DNA of 36,575 bases from Gemmatimonadota bacterium (GTDB taxonomy: Bacteria > Gemmatimonadota > Gemmatimonadetes > Palauibacterales > Palauibacteraceae). Numbering within the stretch: the stretch's first letter is position 1; each line of letters begins with the position of its first letter. A program made the position numbers and the translations under genes. Location of the stretch: assembly GCA_046758745.1 (NCBI GenBank), contig JBHIAV010000030.1, forward strand, positions 1 to 36,575. The letters run 5' to 3'. Below, piece after piece: positions 1-10,401 of this stretch. The notes under the pieces were generated by a model. That model saw nothing but the letters and a program-made list of their open reading frames with translations, had not been told where the DNA came from and searched no databases.

Positions 1-70
1 CGGCACCGAGCTCCGGCGTTGAGGCGGCCAGCCTACTAGCCGGCCCACGGGCGTCAGGACACGCTGTCTC

Positions 71-1519
71 ATGAGACGCAACGGGATCGGGCCAGCCGCG
101 CTGGCGATCGGACTCGGCATGACGGCCGCCGGCTGCGGAAGCGGCGCGGCGGAGGAGCTGTCGAACGGCCTCGCCACGGTCACGGTGGAGCGGCGGAGCA
201 TCGTGTCCAGCGTCGCGGCGACGGGGACGGTCGAGCCGATCCGGGTGATCGAGGTGAAGTCCCAGGCTTCCGGTGAGGTGCTCGAGGTGGCGGCGGAGCT
301 CGGAGACCGCGTCGCGCGCGGCGACATGCTCGTCCGCATCGATCCGCGCGATGTGCGGAACGCCTTCGAGCAGGCGGAGGCCGACCTCGAGGTGGCGCGG
401 GCACGCCTGGGCATCGCCGAGCGTCAGCTCGAGCGAACGCGGGCGCTGAGGGACTCGGCCGTCGTGACCGAGGAGGAGCTCGAAAACGCCATCCTGGAGC
501 ACGCGAACGCCAGGGCCAGCCTGGTGAAGGCCGAGACGAACCTCGAGCTCGCCCAGGACAAGCTCCACGACGTGACGGTCCGCGCGCCGATCACGGGCAC
601 GGTGATCGAGCACAACGTCGAAGAAGGGCAGATCGTCACCTCCACGCGCGAGGTGACGGGGGGAACGACCCTCCTCCGCATGGCGGATCTCGCCGAGGTG
701 CAGGTGCGAACCCTGGTGGACGAGACCGACATCGGCAAGATCGAGCCCGGGCTCCCCGCCACCATCCGGGTCGAGGCCTACCCAGACCGCGCCTTTGAGG
801 GGAGGGTCCTCAAGATCGAGCCGCAGGCAGTGGTCGAGCAGAACGTCACGCTCTTCGCCGTGCTGACGAGGATCCGTAACGAGGAGGACCTCCTCCGGCC
901 GGGGATGAACGCCGACGTCGAGGTCGTGGTGGGTCGCCGCGCGCAGGCGCTCGCTCTCCCCAACGGTGGCATCAAGACCCCGCCGGAGGCGCGCCAGCTC
1001 GTCCAGGCGCTCGGCCTCGATGCAGCGGCGCTCGAGGCGCGGCCACCCGGGCCGGAGGCTCGCGACGAGCCTCGGCCCGGCGGCGCTTCCGCCGGCGCCG
1101 GGCGGGCGGGTCCCGAAGCGGGCGAACCACGGGAGGCGGGGGCGTCCTCCCTTCCCTCCCGCGCCGAGATCCGGGCGATGTCGCAGGAGGAGCGGCGGCG
1201 CTTTGTCCAGCGACTCTCCCCCGCCGACCGGCAACGGCTGTTCACGGAGTTTCGGGCGCAGCGGGAGCGCGAGCAGCGGGAGGAGCGCGCCGACCCGGGT
1301 CGCCCGAAGCCGGCGTTCGCCTTCGTGACCGATGCGGAGGGCCGTCTGACCGTGAAGCCGATCCTGATCGGGTTGAGCAACTGGGAGTACACGGAGATTC
1401 TCGCCGGGCTCGAAGAGGGCGAGCGGGTGGTGGAGGTGCCCCTCTCGCTCGTCCAGCAGCAGGAGCTCCTGGAGCGGATCCGCAGCCGCAGCGGCGTTCC
1501 GGGAATCCGGCGCAACTGA
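71..1519 (+). CDS. Efflux periplasmic adaptor subunit (MacA/HlyD-like lipoprotein)
   Basis: Lipobox-like TAAGC; biotinyl-lipoyl halves (EVKSQASGEV, VRAPITGTV) around a coiled coil; DETDIGKI and LRPGM motifs; directly upstream of a MacB-type permease. Confidence 0.9.
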   Translation: MRRNGIGPAALAIGLGMTAAGCGSGAAEELSNGLATVTVERRSIVSSVAATGTVEPIRVIEVKSQASGEVLEVAAELGDRVARGDMLVRIDPRDVRNAFEQAEADLEVARARLGIAERQLERTRALRDSAVVTEEELENAILEHANARASLVKAETNLELAQDKLHDVTVRAPITGTVIEHNVEEGQIVTSTREVTGGTTLLRMADLAEVQVRTLVDETDIGKIEPGLPATIRVEAYPDRAFEGRVLKIEPQAVVEQNVTLFAVLTRIRNEEDLLRPGMNADVEVVVGRRAQALALPNGGIKTPPEARQLVQALGLDAAALEARPPGPEARDEPRPGGASAGAGRAGPEAGEPREAGASSLPSRAEIRAMSQEERRRFVQRLSPADRQRLFTEFRAQREREQREERADPGRPKPAFAFVTDAEGRLTVKPILIGLSNWEYTEILAGLEEGERVVEVPLSLVQQQELLERIRSRSGVPGIRRN

Positions 1520-1544
1520 TGGCCCGGTAACGGGGGACCCGGCC

Positions 1545-2753
1545 ATGCTGATCGTGGAGATCATCCGGGTGGCGCTCGATGCCATCCGCACGAACAAGCT
1601 CCGCTCCTTCCTCACCATGCTGGGAATCGTCATCGGGGTGGGAGCCGTGATCACCATGGTGGCGCTCGGCGAGGGTGCCCGACGGGCGGTGGAGGAGCAG
1701 ATCGCGGCGCTCGGCACCAACGTCCTCACGGTCCGTCCGGGGCAAGCCTGGTTCCACGGCGTGCGCTCGGCGGACGCCAAGCTGACGGTGGATGATGCCG
1801 AGGCGATCCGGCGCCGGGCAGGGGCCGTGAGCGCGGTGGCGCCGGAGATGCAGGCCAGCCTGCAGGTCGAGTTCGGCGCGACCAACGCGAACATCCGGAC
1901 CCTCGGCACCACCGCCAACTTCGCGGAGGTCAACAACTACAGGATCCAGGTTGGTCGCTTCTTCGAGGCGCGCGAGGATGAGGGACGACGCCGGGTGGCG
2001 GTGCTCGGGGGCGCCGTGCCCGCCGTGCTCGGCTCCACGGCTGAGCGGCTCGTCGGCCGCCGCATCAGCATCCGGAACATCGGCTTCGAGGTGGTCGGGG
2101 TGCTGGAGGAGAAGGGCGGCACGAGCTGGTTCAACCAGGACGAACAGATCTTCGTCCCCCTGCAGACGGCCCAGTTCCGGCTCATGGGGACGGATCGGCT
2201 GCGCGCCCTCAACGCCATCGTGGCGGACGGGGCACGGATCCCGACCGCCATGGCGCAGATCGAGAACGTGCTACGACGCGAGCACCGGGTGCGCGTGGGG
2301 GAGGAGAACGACTTCTGGATCACGGACCGCGCCGAGCTTCTCGGTACCCAGCAGGAGGCCACGCAGACGTTCACCTTCCTGCTGGCCTCCATCGCCGCGG
2401 TGAGCCTCCTGGTGGGCGGCATCGGCATCATGAACATCATGCTCGTTTCGGTTACCGAGCGGACCCGGGAGATCGGGGTGAGGATGGCGATGGGCGCCAC
2501 GCGCCGGGCCGTGCTTCTTCAGTTCCTGCTGGAGGCGCTCGTCCTGTGTCTGGTCGGCGGCCTCCTCGGCGTCGTCTTCGGCTTCGGCGCATCCACCCTC
2601 CTCTCCCGCCTCGCCAGTTGGAACACGTCCGTCTCCCCCGAGGCCGTCCTGCTGGCCGTGTTCTTCTCCGCCACGGTCGGTCTCTTCTTCGGTATTTGGC
2701 CGGCCCGCCGGGCAGCGCGGCTCGACCCGATCGTGGCCCTCCGGTACGAGTGA
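1545..2753 (+). CDS. ABC transporter permease, MacB/FtsX family (no fused ATPase)
   Basis: NKLRSFLTMLGIVIGV, GGIGIMNIMLVSVTERTREIGVRMAMGA and PARRAARLDPIVALRYE signatures. Confidence 0.93.
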   Translation: MLIVEIIRVALDAIRTNKLRSFLTMLGIVIGVGAVITMVALGEGARRAVEEQIAALGTNVLTVRPGQAWFHGVRSADAKLTVDDAEAIRRRAGAVSAVAPEMQASLQVEFGATNANIRTLGTTANFAEVNNYRIQVGRFFEAREDEGRRRVAVLGGAVPAVLGSTAERLVGRRISIRNIGFEVVGVLEEKGGTSWFNQDEQIFVPLQTAQFRLMGTDRLRALNAIVADGARIPTAMAQIENVLRREHRVRVGEENDFWITDRAELLGTQQEATQTFTFLLASIAAVSLLVGGIGIMNIMLVSVTERTREIGVRMAMGATRRAVLLQFLLEALVLCLVGGLLGVVFGFGASTLLSRLASWNTSVSPEAVLLAVFFSATVGLFFGIWPARRAARLDPIVALRYE

Positions 2754-2844
2754 GATGAACGGGCCGGTGTCGCCCGCCTGGCGCCTCCGAGCGAATCGGC
2801 GGCCGGCGATCACGAAGGAATTGGGGGCCTCCGGCGGCGGGACC

Positions 2845-2875
2845 TTGCCGGTCGGTCTCCGGTACCTGATATGAT
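2845..2875 (+). promoter_or_regulatory. Putative sigma70 promoter with extended -10
   Basis: TTGCCG at 2845-2850 and TGnTATGAT at 2867-2875, upstream of a GGAGG RBS and the ATG at 2906. Confidence 0.35.
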
Positions 2876-2905
2876 AGACGGACAATCGCCCCGCGTGGAG
2901 GACGC

Positions 2906-3448
2906 ATGAGCCTGGCCAACTTCGACTCGTTGCCGGATGACGCCCGGGTGTGGTGCTTCGGGGCGGAGCGGGCGCTCGATGGGGCCCGTACCGCGCAGCT
3001 GCTCGACAGCACGAACCGGTTCCTGGAGCGGTGGACGGCGCATCGACGGGAGCTCACGGCTGGCTTCGCGCTCCGGTACCAGCGCTTTCTCTTCGTCGCC
3101 GTGGACGAGAGCCGGGCCGGTGCCTCCGGCTGCTCGATCGATGCCCTCCTGCACTACCTCACGCGGCTCGAGACGGAGATCGGGGTGCGCCTTACCGACT
3201 CCGCCCCCGTGTGGTACCGGGACGCCGAGGGGCGCATCCGCTGCGTCGGCCGGGCCGAGTTCCGCCGGCTGGCGGAGCGGGGCGAGGTGAGCGGGGAGAC
3301 GATCGTGTTCGACCTTACGCTCACCCGACTGGGCGACGTGCGGGCGGGAAGATGGGAGGTGCCGGCGGCCGGGGCGTGGCACGCTCGTCTTCTACCGGAC
3401 CGCCCGGGAGCGGAGACCCGCAGCGCCCCCGTGGCCGGCCGCGGCTGA
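2906..3448 (+). CDS. Conserved hypothetical protein with W-x-AH and ASGCSID motifs
   Basis: GGAGG RBS; resembles an uncharacterised family with LPDDARVW...ASGCSID; no Walker motifs. Confidence 0.7.
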   Translation: MSLANFDSLPDDARVWCFGAERALDGARTAQLLDSTNRFLERWTAHRRELTAGFALRYQRFLFVAVDESRAGASGCSIDALLHYLTRLETEIGVRLTDSAPVWYRDAEGRIRCVGRAEFRRLAERGEVSGETIVFDLTLTRLGDVRAGRWEVPAAGAWHARLLPDRPGAETRSAPVAGRG

Positions 3449-3474
3449 CCCCGCACCGAAGCGTGGCGCGCCGC

Positions 3475-4680
3475 ATGGAGACCACCGCTCCGGCCGCACT
3501 CTCCCAGGCGCCCGCGGCACCACGGCTCTCCCTCGTCCTCTCGGGCGGCGGCGCGAGAGCGGCCTACCAGGTCGGGGTTCTCCGGTATCTCGGCCTGCGC
3601 CTCCCGCACACCCACGTCCCCGTCATCACCGGCGTGTCGGCGGGAGCGATCAATACGTTCTGCCTGGCGAGCCACACGGGGAACCTGCGGGAGGCGACGG
3701 GCACCCTCACCGACCGATGGCTCTCCCTGAGCACGAGCGATGTCTTCCGTACGGCGACCACGGCGATGGCGACGACCGCGGTGCGGTGGGTCGGTGCGCT
3801 CGCCTCCGGCGGAGCCCGGCTGGCGCCGAGCGTGCGGGGGTTAGTGGACACGGAGCCGCTCCGGCGCTTCCTGAACAACGTCGTCGACCCGTCGTGCATC
3901 GAGGAGAACCTGCGAAACGGCCGGCTCCGGGCCGTCGGAATCTCCGCCACCTCCTATCACACCGGCCAGACGGTGACCTGGGTGCAGGCGGAGGACACGG
4001 TGGAGATGTGGGAGCGCACCCGGCGCCGGTCGCTGCGGGCGAAGATCACCGTCGACCACGTGATGGCCTCCTCGGCCATTCCCCTCCTCTTCCCCGCGGT
4101 ACAGATCGGCGACGATTACTTCGGCGACGGAAGCATCCGCCAGTCGAACCCGCTGGCTCCGGCGGTGCATCTGGGAGCGGAGAAGATCCTCGCCATCTCG
4201 TCCCGATACGGGCGGACCGGGGTGGAGGCACGGGACCCGGTCATGCACGGCTATCCGCCTCCGGCGCACATCATCGGGCTCCTCTTGAACTCGATCTTCC
4301 TGGACAGTCTGGACGCGGACTCGGCCCGTCTGACCCGGATCAATCACCTGATCTCCCGCATCCCGGAAGCCACCCGAGAGAAGCTCGCCCTGCGCCAGGT
4401 GGGGCTCCTGGTGATCCGCCCTTCGCGCGACCTGGGCATGCTCGCCTCCGGCCACGAAGCCCGGCTGCCGCGTGCCCTTCGCTTCCTGGTTCGCGGCCTC
4501 GGCACCCGGGGGAGCAGGAGCTCCGATTTCCTGAGCTATCTCCTCTTCGAGCGAAGCTACATCGGAGAGCTGCTGCGGCTGGGGGAGCGGGACGCCGAGA
4601 GGCAGTGGCCGAGGATCGCCGAGTTCCTGGGCGTCGACGAGACGGTCGGCGCCGGAGCCCCCGGCCTCATGCGTGATTGA
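3475..4680 (+). CDS. Patatin-like phospholipase
   Basis: LSGGGAR oxyanion motif, GVSAG nucleophile elbow, DGS catalytic Asp. Start placed at ATG 3475 inside the long ORF 2950-4680. Confidence 0.9.
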   Translation: METTAPAALSQAPAAPRLSLVLSGGGARAAYQVGVLRYLGLRLPHTHVPVITGVSAGAINTFCLASHTGNLREATGTLTDRWLSLSTSDVFRTATTAMATTAVRWVGALASGGARLAPSVRGLVDTEPLRRFLNNVVDPSCIEENLRNGRLRAVGISATSYHTGQTVTWVQAEDTVEMWERTRRRSLRAKITVDHVMASSAIPLLFPAVQIGDDYFGDGSIRQSNPLAPAVHLGAEKILAISSRYGRTGVEARDPVMHGYPPPAHIIGLLLNSIFLDSLDADSARLTRINHLISRIPEATREKLALRQVGLLVIRPSRDLGMLASGHEARLPRALRFLVRGLGTRGSRSSDFLSYLLFERSYIGELLRLGERDAERQWPRIAEFLGVDETVGAGAPGLMRD

Positions 4681-4738
4681 GCGCCCGCAGCTCGCATCGG
4701 TGCGAGGCGTCGGATCCGAGCTTGTCCCCAGGGGCGCG

Positions 4739-5806
4739 CTATTCCATCCCCGGCTTCCGCGGCGGTTCCAGGTAGACCCGGTCCTTCAGGTACGTGATGT
4801 CGAGCTGGCGCGCATGGTGGCGCAGCAGGGTCAGGGGGACGATCAGGGGCGTGAGCCCCCGGCGATAGCCGCGGACCGCCTCCGCGAGTTCCGCGCGGTC
4901 ACCCGCATCGAGCCGATCCGACAGGTGCCCGGCGACGTGCTCCAGCACCGTCGCGTGCCCCTTCCGCGTCGGCACGCGGCTCATGACGGCCATGAACCGC
5001 GCCAAATACGTCTCGGCGAGGGCCGGCAGGTCGGTCGGCTTCGACGGCTGCGCGAGCAGACGCCCGAGGCGGCGCAGCCCGGCCTGGCTGCGCGCCATGC
5101 AGTGGAGCTCGTGGCGCCGGTGGAAGCGCATCAGTGAAGCCCGGCTGAGCCCTTTCGCCTCCATGGCCCGCCACCGATGAGCCGCGAACACCCGGCTGAT
5201 GAAGTTCTCGCGCAGCCGGGGGTCGTTCAGCCGATCCTCATCCTCGACGGGAAGGTACGGGAGGGCGTCCATCAGGCCCGCTGCGAACAGGCCGCGCCCG
5301 TCCCGCCGCGAGCGGCCTTTCCCGCGCCGGCGCGAGGGACCGCGGCCTCCCCCGTGCGGGCCGTCGTTCGCGTCGAAGACCTCGACCCGCGCCATCCCGC
5401 AGCTCGGCGAGTCGCTCTTCAGCACGTAGCCGCACAGCCCTAGCGAGGCCAGGAGGGCGACCCTGCCGTCGACGTAGCCCCGCATGCGCTCGGTGAGGTC
5501 CTCGCCCGTGGAGGGCATCACGAGGTGGATCTTCCCCCCGTCTCCGCGCTCGAGCCGGATGGGAGGGCGCGGCGTGCCGAGCCCGATCTCGACCTCCGGG
5601 CAGATGGGCACCCACTCGACGTACGGGCCGAGCACGTCCGTGAGGAACCGGTCCCGCTTGTGACCTCCATCGTAGCGGACCGCCTGCCCGAGCAGACAGG
5701 CCGAGATGCCGATGCGGGGCCGTCCTCCTTCTCCCGGCTCGGGGGGCGGCGAGCGATTCGCGGCGTGACTTCCGGGCTCTCCCCGCGCAACGTCGGACCG
5801 GGCCAT
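4739..5806 (-). CDS. DUF523/DUF1722 (YbgA-like, 2-thiouracil desulfurase domain) protein
   Basis: GISACLLGQAVRYDGGH, CPEVEIGLGTPR, LKSDSPSCG and RENF motifs; start inferred at ATG 5806. Confidence 0.85.
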   Translation of the reverse strand: MARSDVARGEPGSHAANRSPPPEPGEGGRPRIGISACLLGQAVRYDGGHKRDRFLTDVLGPYVEWVPICPEVEIGLGTPRPPIRLERGDGGKIHLVMPSTGEDLTERMRGYVDGRVALLASLGLCGYVLKSDSPSCGMARVEVFDANDGPHGGGRGPSRRRGKGRSRRDGRGLFAAGLMDALPYLPVEDEDRLNDPRLRENFISRVFAAHRWRAMEAKGLSRASLMRFHRRHELHCMARSQAGLRRLGRLLAQPSKPTDLPALAETYLARFMAVMSRVPTRKGHATVLEHVAGHLSDRLDAGDRAELAEAVRGYRRGLTPLIVPLTLLRHHARQLDITYLKDRVYLEPPRKPGME

Positions 5807-5823
5807 GTCCCGGCTCCGCCCGC

Positions 5824-6732
5824 TCACGACAGCATCCGACGGAGCGCCCCCTCGACCTCCGGATCGCGAAAGGTGAAGCCACTCTCCAAGAGCCGGACGG
5901 GCAGCACGCGGGCGCCTCCGAGCAGGGTGTCCCCAAGCTCGCCCAGGGCGAGGCGGAGCACCGGGGCGGGAACGCAGAGGACCGTGGGCCGGCGCAGCAC
6001 CCGTCCGAGCGCCCGTGTGAAGGCGATGTTTCGCACCGGGTTCGGCGCCGTCGCGTTCACCGGCCCGGCGAGGTCGGCCGCGTGCAGCGCGTACATCAGC
6101 GCGCTCACCGCGTCGTCGAGGCTCACCCAGCTGAGGACCTGCCGGCCATCCCCCAGCCGGCCTCCGAGGCCGAGACGGAAGACCGGAAGCATGCGGGCGA
6201 GCGCCCCGCCGCGCGGAGAGAGAACGACCCCGAAGCGGAGGTGGACGACCCGGATGCCCGCTACCCGCGCAGGGTCGGCGGCCGCCTCCCATTCGACGCA
6301 CGTCTCGGGGAGGAACCCCGTGCCGGCCGGGCTCTCTTCATCCAGCGGCTCGTCCCCGCGATCGCCGTAGAAGCCGATCGCCGAGGCGCATACCAGGACC
6401 TCGGGCGGCCGGGTGCGGGCGGCCAGCGTTTTGCTGAGCAGGCGGGTGCCCGCGACTCGGCTCTCCCGGATCCGGCGTTTCCGCTCCGCCGTCCACGTGC
6501 CGGAGGCGATGTTCTCTCCGGCGAGGTGCACTGCCGCATCGAGCCCCTCCAGCCGCTCCGCGTCGATCGATCCGCCGACCGGGTCCCACCAGACCGCCCC
6601 CTCGCCGACGGGGCGACGTCGCACGAGTCGGACGGCGTGGTGCCCCTCCGCCGTGAGCCGGGAGACGAGCGCGGACCCGATGAGGCCCGATGATCCTGTG
6701 ACCAGCACCCGAGGGGACTCCGAGACGCTCAA
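5824..6732 (-). CDS. TIGR01777 family NAD-dependent epimerase/oxidoreductase (YfcH-like)
   Basis: VTGSSGLIG Rossmann motif, HLAGENI, SAIGFYG, GLGGRLGDGRQVLSWV, GPVNATAPNPV. Confidence 0.9.
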   Translation of the reverse strand: MSVSESPRVLVTGSSGLIGSALVSRLTAEGHHAVRLVRRRPVGEGAVWWDPVGGSIDAERLEGLDAAVHLAGENIASGTWTAERKRRIRESRVAGTRLLSKTLAARTRPPEVLVCASAIGFYGDRGDEPLDEESPAGTGFLPETCVEWEAAADPARVAGIRVVHLRFGVVLSPRGGALARMLPVFRLGLGGRLGDGRQVLSWVSLDDAVSALMYALHAADLAGPVNATAPNPVRNIAFTRALGRVLRRPTVLCVPAPVLRLALGELGDTLLGGARVLPVRLLESGFTFRDPEVEGALRRMLS

Positions 6733-6898
6733 CGGGGATGGACCTCCTTCCGGGAGAGCGGCCTGCGCCGGACCGTGATCCGACGCGGCACCGCGCCTTC
6801 GCGCATTACGCCGTCAAGTTCCGGGCATTAGAATAGCGCCCGGACGTCACGAGGGAACGGGCCCTCGCGGCGGAGCCGCGGCCCTCAGCGATCGAGCG

Positions 6899-8026
6899 AT
6901 GATCCGACTCATCCATCTCGCCGATGTTCATCTCGACGCGCCGTACTCCGCGTTCGGGCCCCTGGCCGAGCGCCGGCGCGCCGACGTGGTGAAGGCGTTT
7001 TGCGACCTCCCGACGATCGCCGAGCGGGAGCACGCCGACGCGGTGCTCATCGCCGGGGACCTGTTCGACGGGCCGACACCCCGGGAGGCGACGCTGGCGG
7101 CCGTGCGGGAGACGTTCCGCCGCCTGCACGACGCGGGCTGCCCCGTCATGCTCGTCGCGGGGAACCACGATGCACTGACGCTGCGTCCTTCGCCGTACGA
7201 TGCGCCGCTGGGAGACATCCGGCTGTTTCGAGAGCCTGCGTTCGGGAGCCCCGTCTCCGTCGACACGCCGGGCGGGCCGCTTCACCTGTACGGGATCTCG
7301 TTCGACGCCGCCCGCGAGCCGGATCCGCTGGCTACCTTCCGGCGCTCGGAGGAGCCCGGGGCGCACGTCGTTCTCCTGCACGGCTCGGTCCCCGATGCGC
7401 CCCACTGGGAGGGCGGACGGTCGCTCCGGCTGCCGCTCGAGCGCCTCCGGGAGCTCGAGGTCGACTACCTCGCCCTCGGCGATCACCATCGCTTCCGGGC
7501 GCCCGAGGAGTTCGACCGCTCGGGGGCTCTTCCGGCCTGCTACAGCGGTTCCTTCGCCGCGGTCGACCTCACGGAGTGTGGCCCGCGCGGCTACGTCCTC
7601 GTGCAGCTCGCCCCGGGCGCGGTGCCCTCGGTCCGCCTGCTCGGATCGGGGGTGAGGGAGGTCGCAGACCTCGGACGCGTCGACGTGAGCGGGTGCAGCG
7701 ATGACCTCGAGGTCGCCGGGAGCGTGGCGGAGCGCGTGCCCGGCGACGCCGTGCCCGTCGTCACCCTGGCCGGGGAGCCCGACTTCCCGGTGAAAGCCTC
7801 CCGCGTGGCGAGTCAGCTGGTGGCGAGGTTCGGCTGCGCCCGGGTGATCGACGAGACGCGGTACTATGCCTCGCATCGCGTGCGGGAGCTGATGCGCGGG
7901 AGCACGATCGCCGCGCACGTGGCGCGGCTCGGCGTGCAGCGGATCGAGGGCGCGGCGGACGAGGAGGCACGCAGCTCCCGGGAGCGGGCGCTTCGCCTCG
8001 TCCTCTCCGCGCTGGATGTGGAGTGA
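6899..8026 (+). CDS. Mre11/SbcD-like metallophosphoesterase nuclease (YhaO-like)
   Basis: HLADVHLD, AGDLFD, AGNHD, LLHG, YLALGDHH and YSGS motifs. Confidence 0.9.
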   Translation: MIRLIHLADVHLDAPYSAFGPLAERRRADVVKAFCDLPTIAEREHADAVLIAGDLFDGPTPREATLAAVRETFRRLHDAGCPVMLVAGNHDALTLRPSPYDAPLGDIRLFREPAFGSPVSVDTPGGPLHLYGISFDAAREPDPLATFRRSEEPGAHVVLLHGSVPDAPHWEGGRSLRLPLERLRELEVDYLALGDHHRFRAPEEFDRSGALPACYSGSFAAVDLTECGPRGYVLVQLAPGAVPSVRLLGSGVREVADLGRVDVSGCSDDLEVAGSVAERVPGDAVPVVTLAGEPDFPVKASRVASQLVARFGCARVIDETRYYASHRVRELMRGSTIAAHVARLGVQRIEGAADEEARSSRERALRLVLSALDVE

Positions 8027-10343
8027 GCCGATCGTGAGCGCGGGCAGGCGCGCACGCTTCCGGTCGATCGAGCTGGCGTTCGGCGCGCACCGCCGCTCCT
8101 TCGACTTCCCCGGCGGGGCGCGACCGGTCGTGATCGCCGGCCCGAACGGCTCGGGCAAGACGACCCTGCTCGAGGGACTCGTCCGCACCCTGTACGGCTT
8201 CTACCTCCGCTCCGCGGCCGAGCGGCAGCGGCACGGCCTGCGCCGTCCGTGGGAAGGCGACGGCTTCCGCGCGAGCGTGACGCTCGAGACGGAGGGCGGC
8301 GAGCTTCTCGTCGTCACCCGGGACTTCGACACGGACGAGGTGACGGTCCGGCCGGGGGAGGGAGGAGCTCCGATCTTCCAGGGCGAGGCGAAGCCGGGGC
8401 TTCACCGGGAATCGCACCGGCGCTACCGGGAGCTCCTGGAGAGCCGGTTCGGCCTCGGGGAGCTCGAGTCGTACGAGCAGACCGCCTGTGTGCGGCAGGG
8501 CTCGCTCGCCGACACCCGCCTCGGCGATCACCTTCTCCGCATCGCGGCCGGCGGTCACGCCGCGGTGGACGCGGCGCGCGAGGCGATCCGCGAGGCCCAC
8601 TACCGGCTCACTCGCGAATCGATCGGCCCCGGGCAGGCCGGGAAGAGGAGCGACCAGGAGCGTGAACAACTTCAGGCCGCGGTGAGGGAGCTCGAGGCGA
8701 AGCTCGCGGCGGCCCGGGACGCGCGGGAGAGGCGCCGGCCGTTGGTGGAGGAGGAGCGGGCGACGCGCCTCGGGGTCGAGCAGCTCGACACCGAGATACG
8801 GGCCCTGGAGGCGGCTCTCGGCCCGCTCAACGAGCGGCGCGCGCTGCGCGAGCGAGCGGAATCGGCGCGCACGCGGCTCGAGCGGGCGGAGGAGCTTCTC
8901 GAGGAGCTGGAGGCCGCGCTCCGCGGGCTGGAGGAAGCGGAGGCGGAGGCGGCGGGTGCGGCGGCCGGCGAGGCGCCCTACCCGGAGGACTTCGAGGAGC
9001 GCGCCGGTGCGCTGCTGGTGCTGTGGCGTGACCGCGAGCGTCTCGGGGTGGAGCTGGCGAGCGTCACACGGGAGGCGGAGGAGCGCCGGCCGGCCGGGAG
9101 CGCGGTCGGCGTGGCCGCGGGAGGGTTCGGCGTGGCGGCCGGGATCGCGGCCGCCGTGTGGTGGAGCCCGTCGATCGGGAGCGTCCTGGCGACGGCAGGC
9201 CTCCTCGGGACGCTTGCCGCGGTGCTCTCGTGGGCGCGGGCCCGCGCGGCCCGGCGGGCCGCCACCGAACGGAGGTCCGAGCTCGAGGCCGACCTGGCCG
9301 ACGTCACCGCGGCGATCGAGACGCGGCTCCGGGGCGTGCCCGAGGCGGAGACGCTGACCCCGGCCACCTTTCCGGACCGGCGGCGCGTCTTTCGGCGACA
9401 GAAGGCCGCTCGCCATGAGCGCGAGCGGAGGCGGGCCCAGCTGACCGAGGCGGTGGCCCGTGCGCACGGGGCTGTACGGACCTTCCGGCAGCGACGCGGC
9501 GTGCCGGCCGCCGTCGAAGAGGGCGGCGAAGACCTGGCCCAAGAGGCGCGCCGGCTCCGTGCCCTGCTCGCGGAAGAGCGCCGGCGGGTCACGGAGGAGC
9601 TGGCGACCCTCAATCTCAGGATGGAGACTAGCGCCCCGGGCGACCTCGGTCTGCCCGGCGGCGTCGAGCCGGCGGCCGGCTCCGTGGAGGCAGCCCTCGC
9701 CGAACGTCGGCCGGAGCGCGAGCGCCTCGCTTCTCGCCTCTCCGGCCTGGAGGTGAAGCTCGCCACGGAAGGCAAGCCGACGGAGAGCCCGGTAGCGCTC
9801 GAGCGGCGTCTCGGAGAGCTGCGAGCGCGGCTAGAGGAGGTCGAGCGCGAGGTGCGGGCGCACCGTGACGCGTACCGCCTGCTCGACGACGCGTACGAGG
9901 AGTTCCGTGCCGGCGATCAGGAGCGACTCCTCGGCTGCATCTCCTCCCACCTCGGAGAGCTGGGCGGCGGCGAACTCGGCCCGCTCGAGGCTACCGATGG
10001 GCTGGACGCGGCTCGGCTCAGGGCGTTTGGACGCGTGATTCCCCTCACGTCGCCTCCGCTCAGCTTCGGCGAGCTGCACGCCGTCCTGTTCGCCATCCGT
10101 CTCGGAGCGGTGGACTTCCTGGCCGGAGCCGGCATCCACCTTCCCCTCCTCGTCGACGAGCCGTTCGCCCACCTGGATCCCCGGAGGGCGGCCGAGCTGT
10201 GGCGCCTGCTGTGCCGCGTGGCGCGCGACCGGCAGGTCCTCGTGGCCACTCAGGACACGCTCGTCCTCGAGCGGCTCGCCGTGGAGCCGGATATCATGCT
10301 TCCGGAACCGGTGCAGCGGGAGTTCGACTTCGCTCCGCCCTGA
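8016..10343 (+). CDS. Rad50/SbcC-like SMC ATPase (YhaN-like) with a central hydrophobic segment
   Basis: Walker A GPNGSGKT, long coiled coils, LSFGE signature, Walker B LLVDEPF; overlaps the nuclease gene. Alternative start GTG 8034. Confidence 0.85.
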   Translation: MWSEPIVSAGRRARFRSIELAFGAHRRSFDFPGGARPVVIAGPNGSGKTTLLEGLVRTLYGFYLRSAAERQRHGLRRPWEGDGFRASVTLETEGGELLVVTRDFDTDEVTVRPGEGGAPIFQGEAKPGLHRESHRRYRELLESRFGLGELESYEQTACVRQGSLADTRLGDHLLRIAAGGHAAVDAAREAIREAHYRLTRESIGPGQAGKRSDQEREQLQAAVRELEAKLAAARDARERRRPLVEEERATRLGVEQLDTEIRALEAALGPLNERRALRERAESARTRLERAEELLEELEAALRGLEEAEAEAAGAAAGEAPYPEDFEERAGALLVLWRDRERLGVELASVTREAEERRPAGSAVGVAAGGFGVAAGIAAAVWWSPSIGSVLATAGLLGTLAAVLSWARARAARRAATERRSELEADLADVTAAIETRLRGVPEAETLTPATFPDRRRVFRRQKAARHERERRRAQLTEAVARAHGAVRTFRQRRGVPAAVEEGGEDLAQEARRLRALLAEERRRVTEELATLNLRMETSAPGDLGLPGGVEPAAGSVEAALAERRPERERLASRLSGLEVKLATEGKPTESPVALERRLGELRARLEEVEREVRAHRDAYRLLDDAYEEFRAGDQERLLGCISSHLGELGGGELGPLEATDGLDAARLRAFGRVIPLTSPPLSFGELHAVLFAIRLGAVDFLAGAGIHLPLLVDEPFAHLDPRRAAELWRLLCRVARDRQVLVATQDTLVLERLAVEPDIMLPEPVQREFDFAPP

Positions 10344-10401
10344 TGGACCCGAAGGGCGAACGGCCGCTCGGCAGCGATCGGCGGTCGCGGACGGACCGGC
10401 G

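Noticed and set aside
2950-3474. N-terminal extension of the patatin ORF
   Set aside because: Overlaps the 2906-3448 gene and reads as Arg/Pro-rich off-frame sequence; the same applies to the extensions at 5807-6301, 15403-16056 and 15991-16344.
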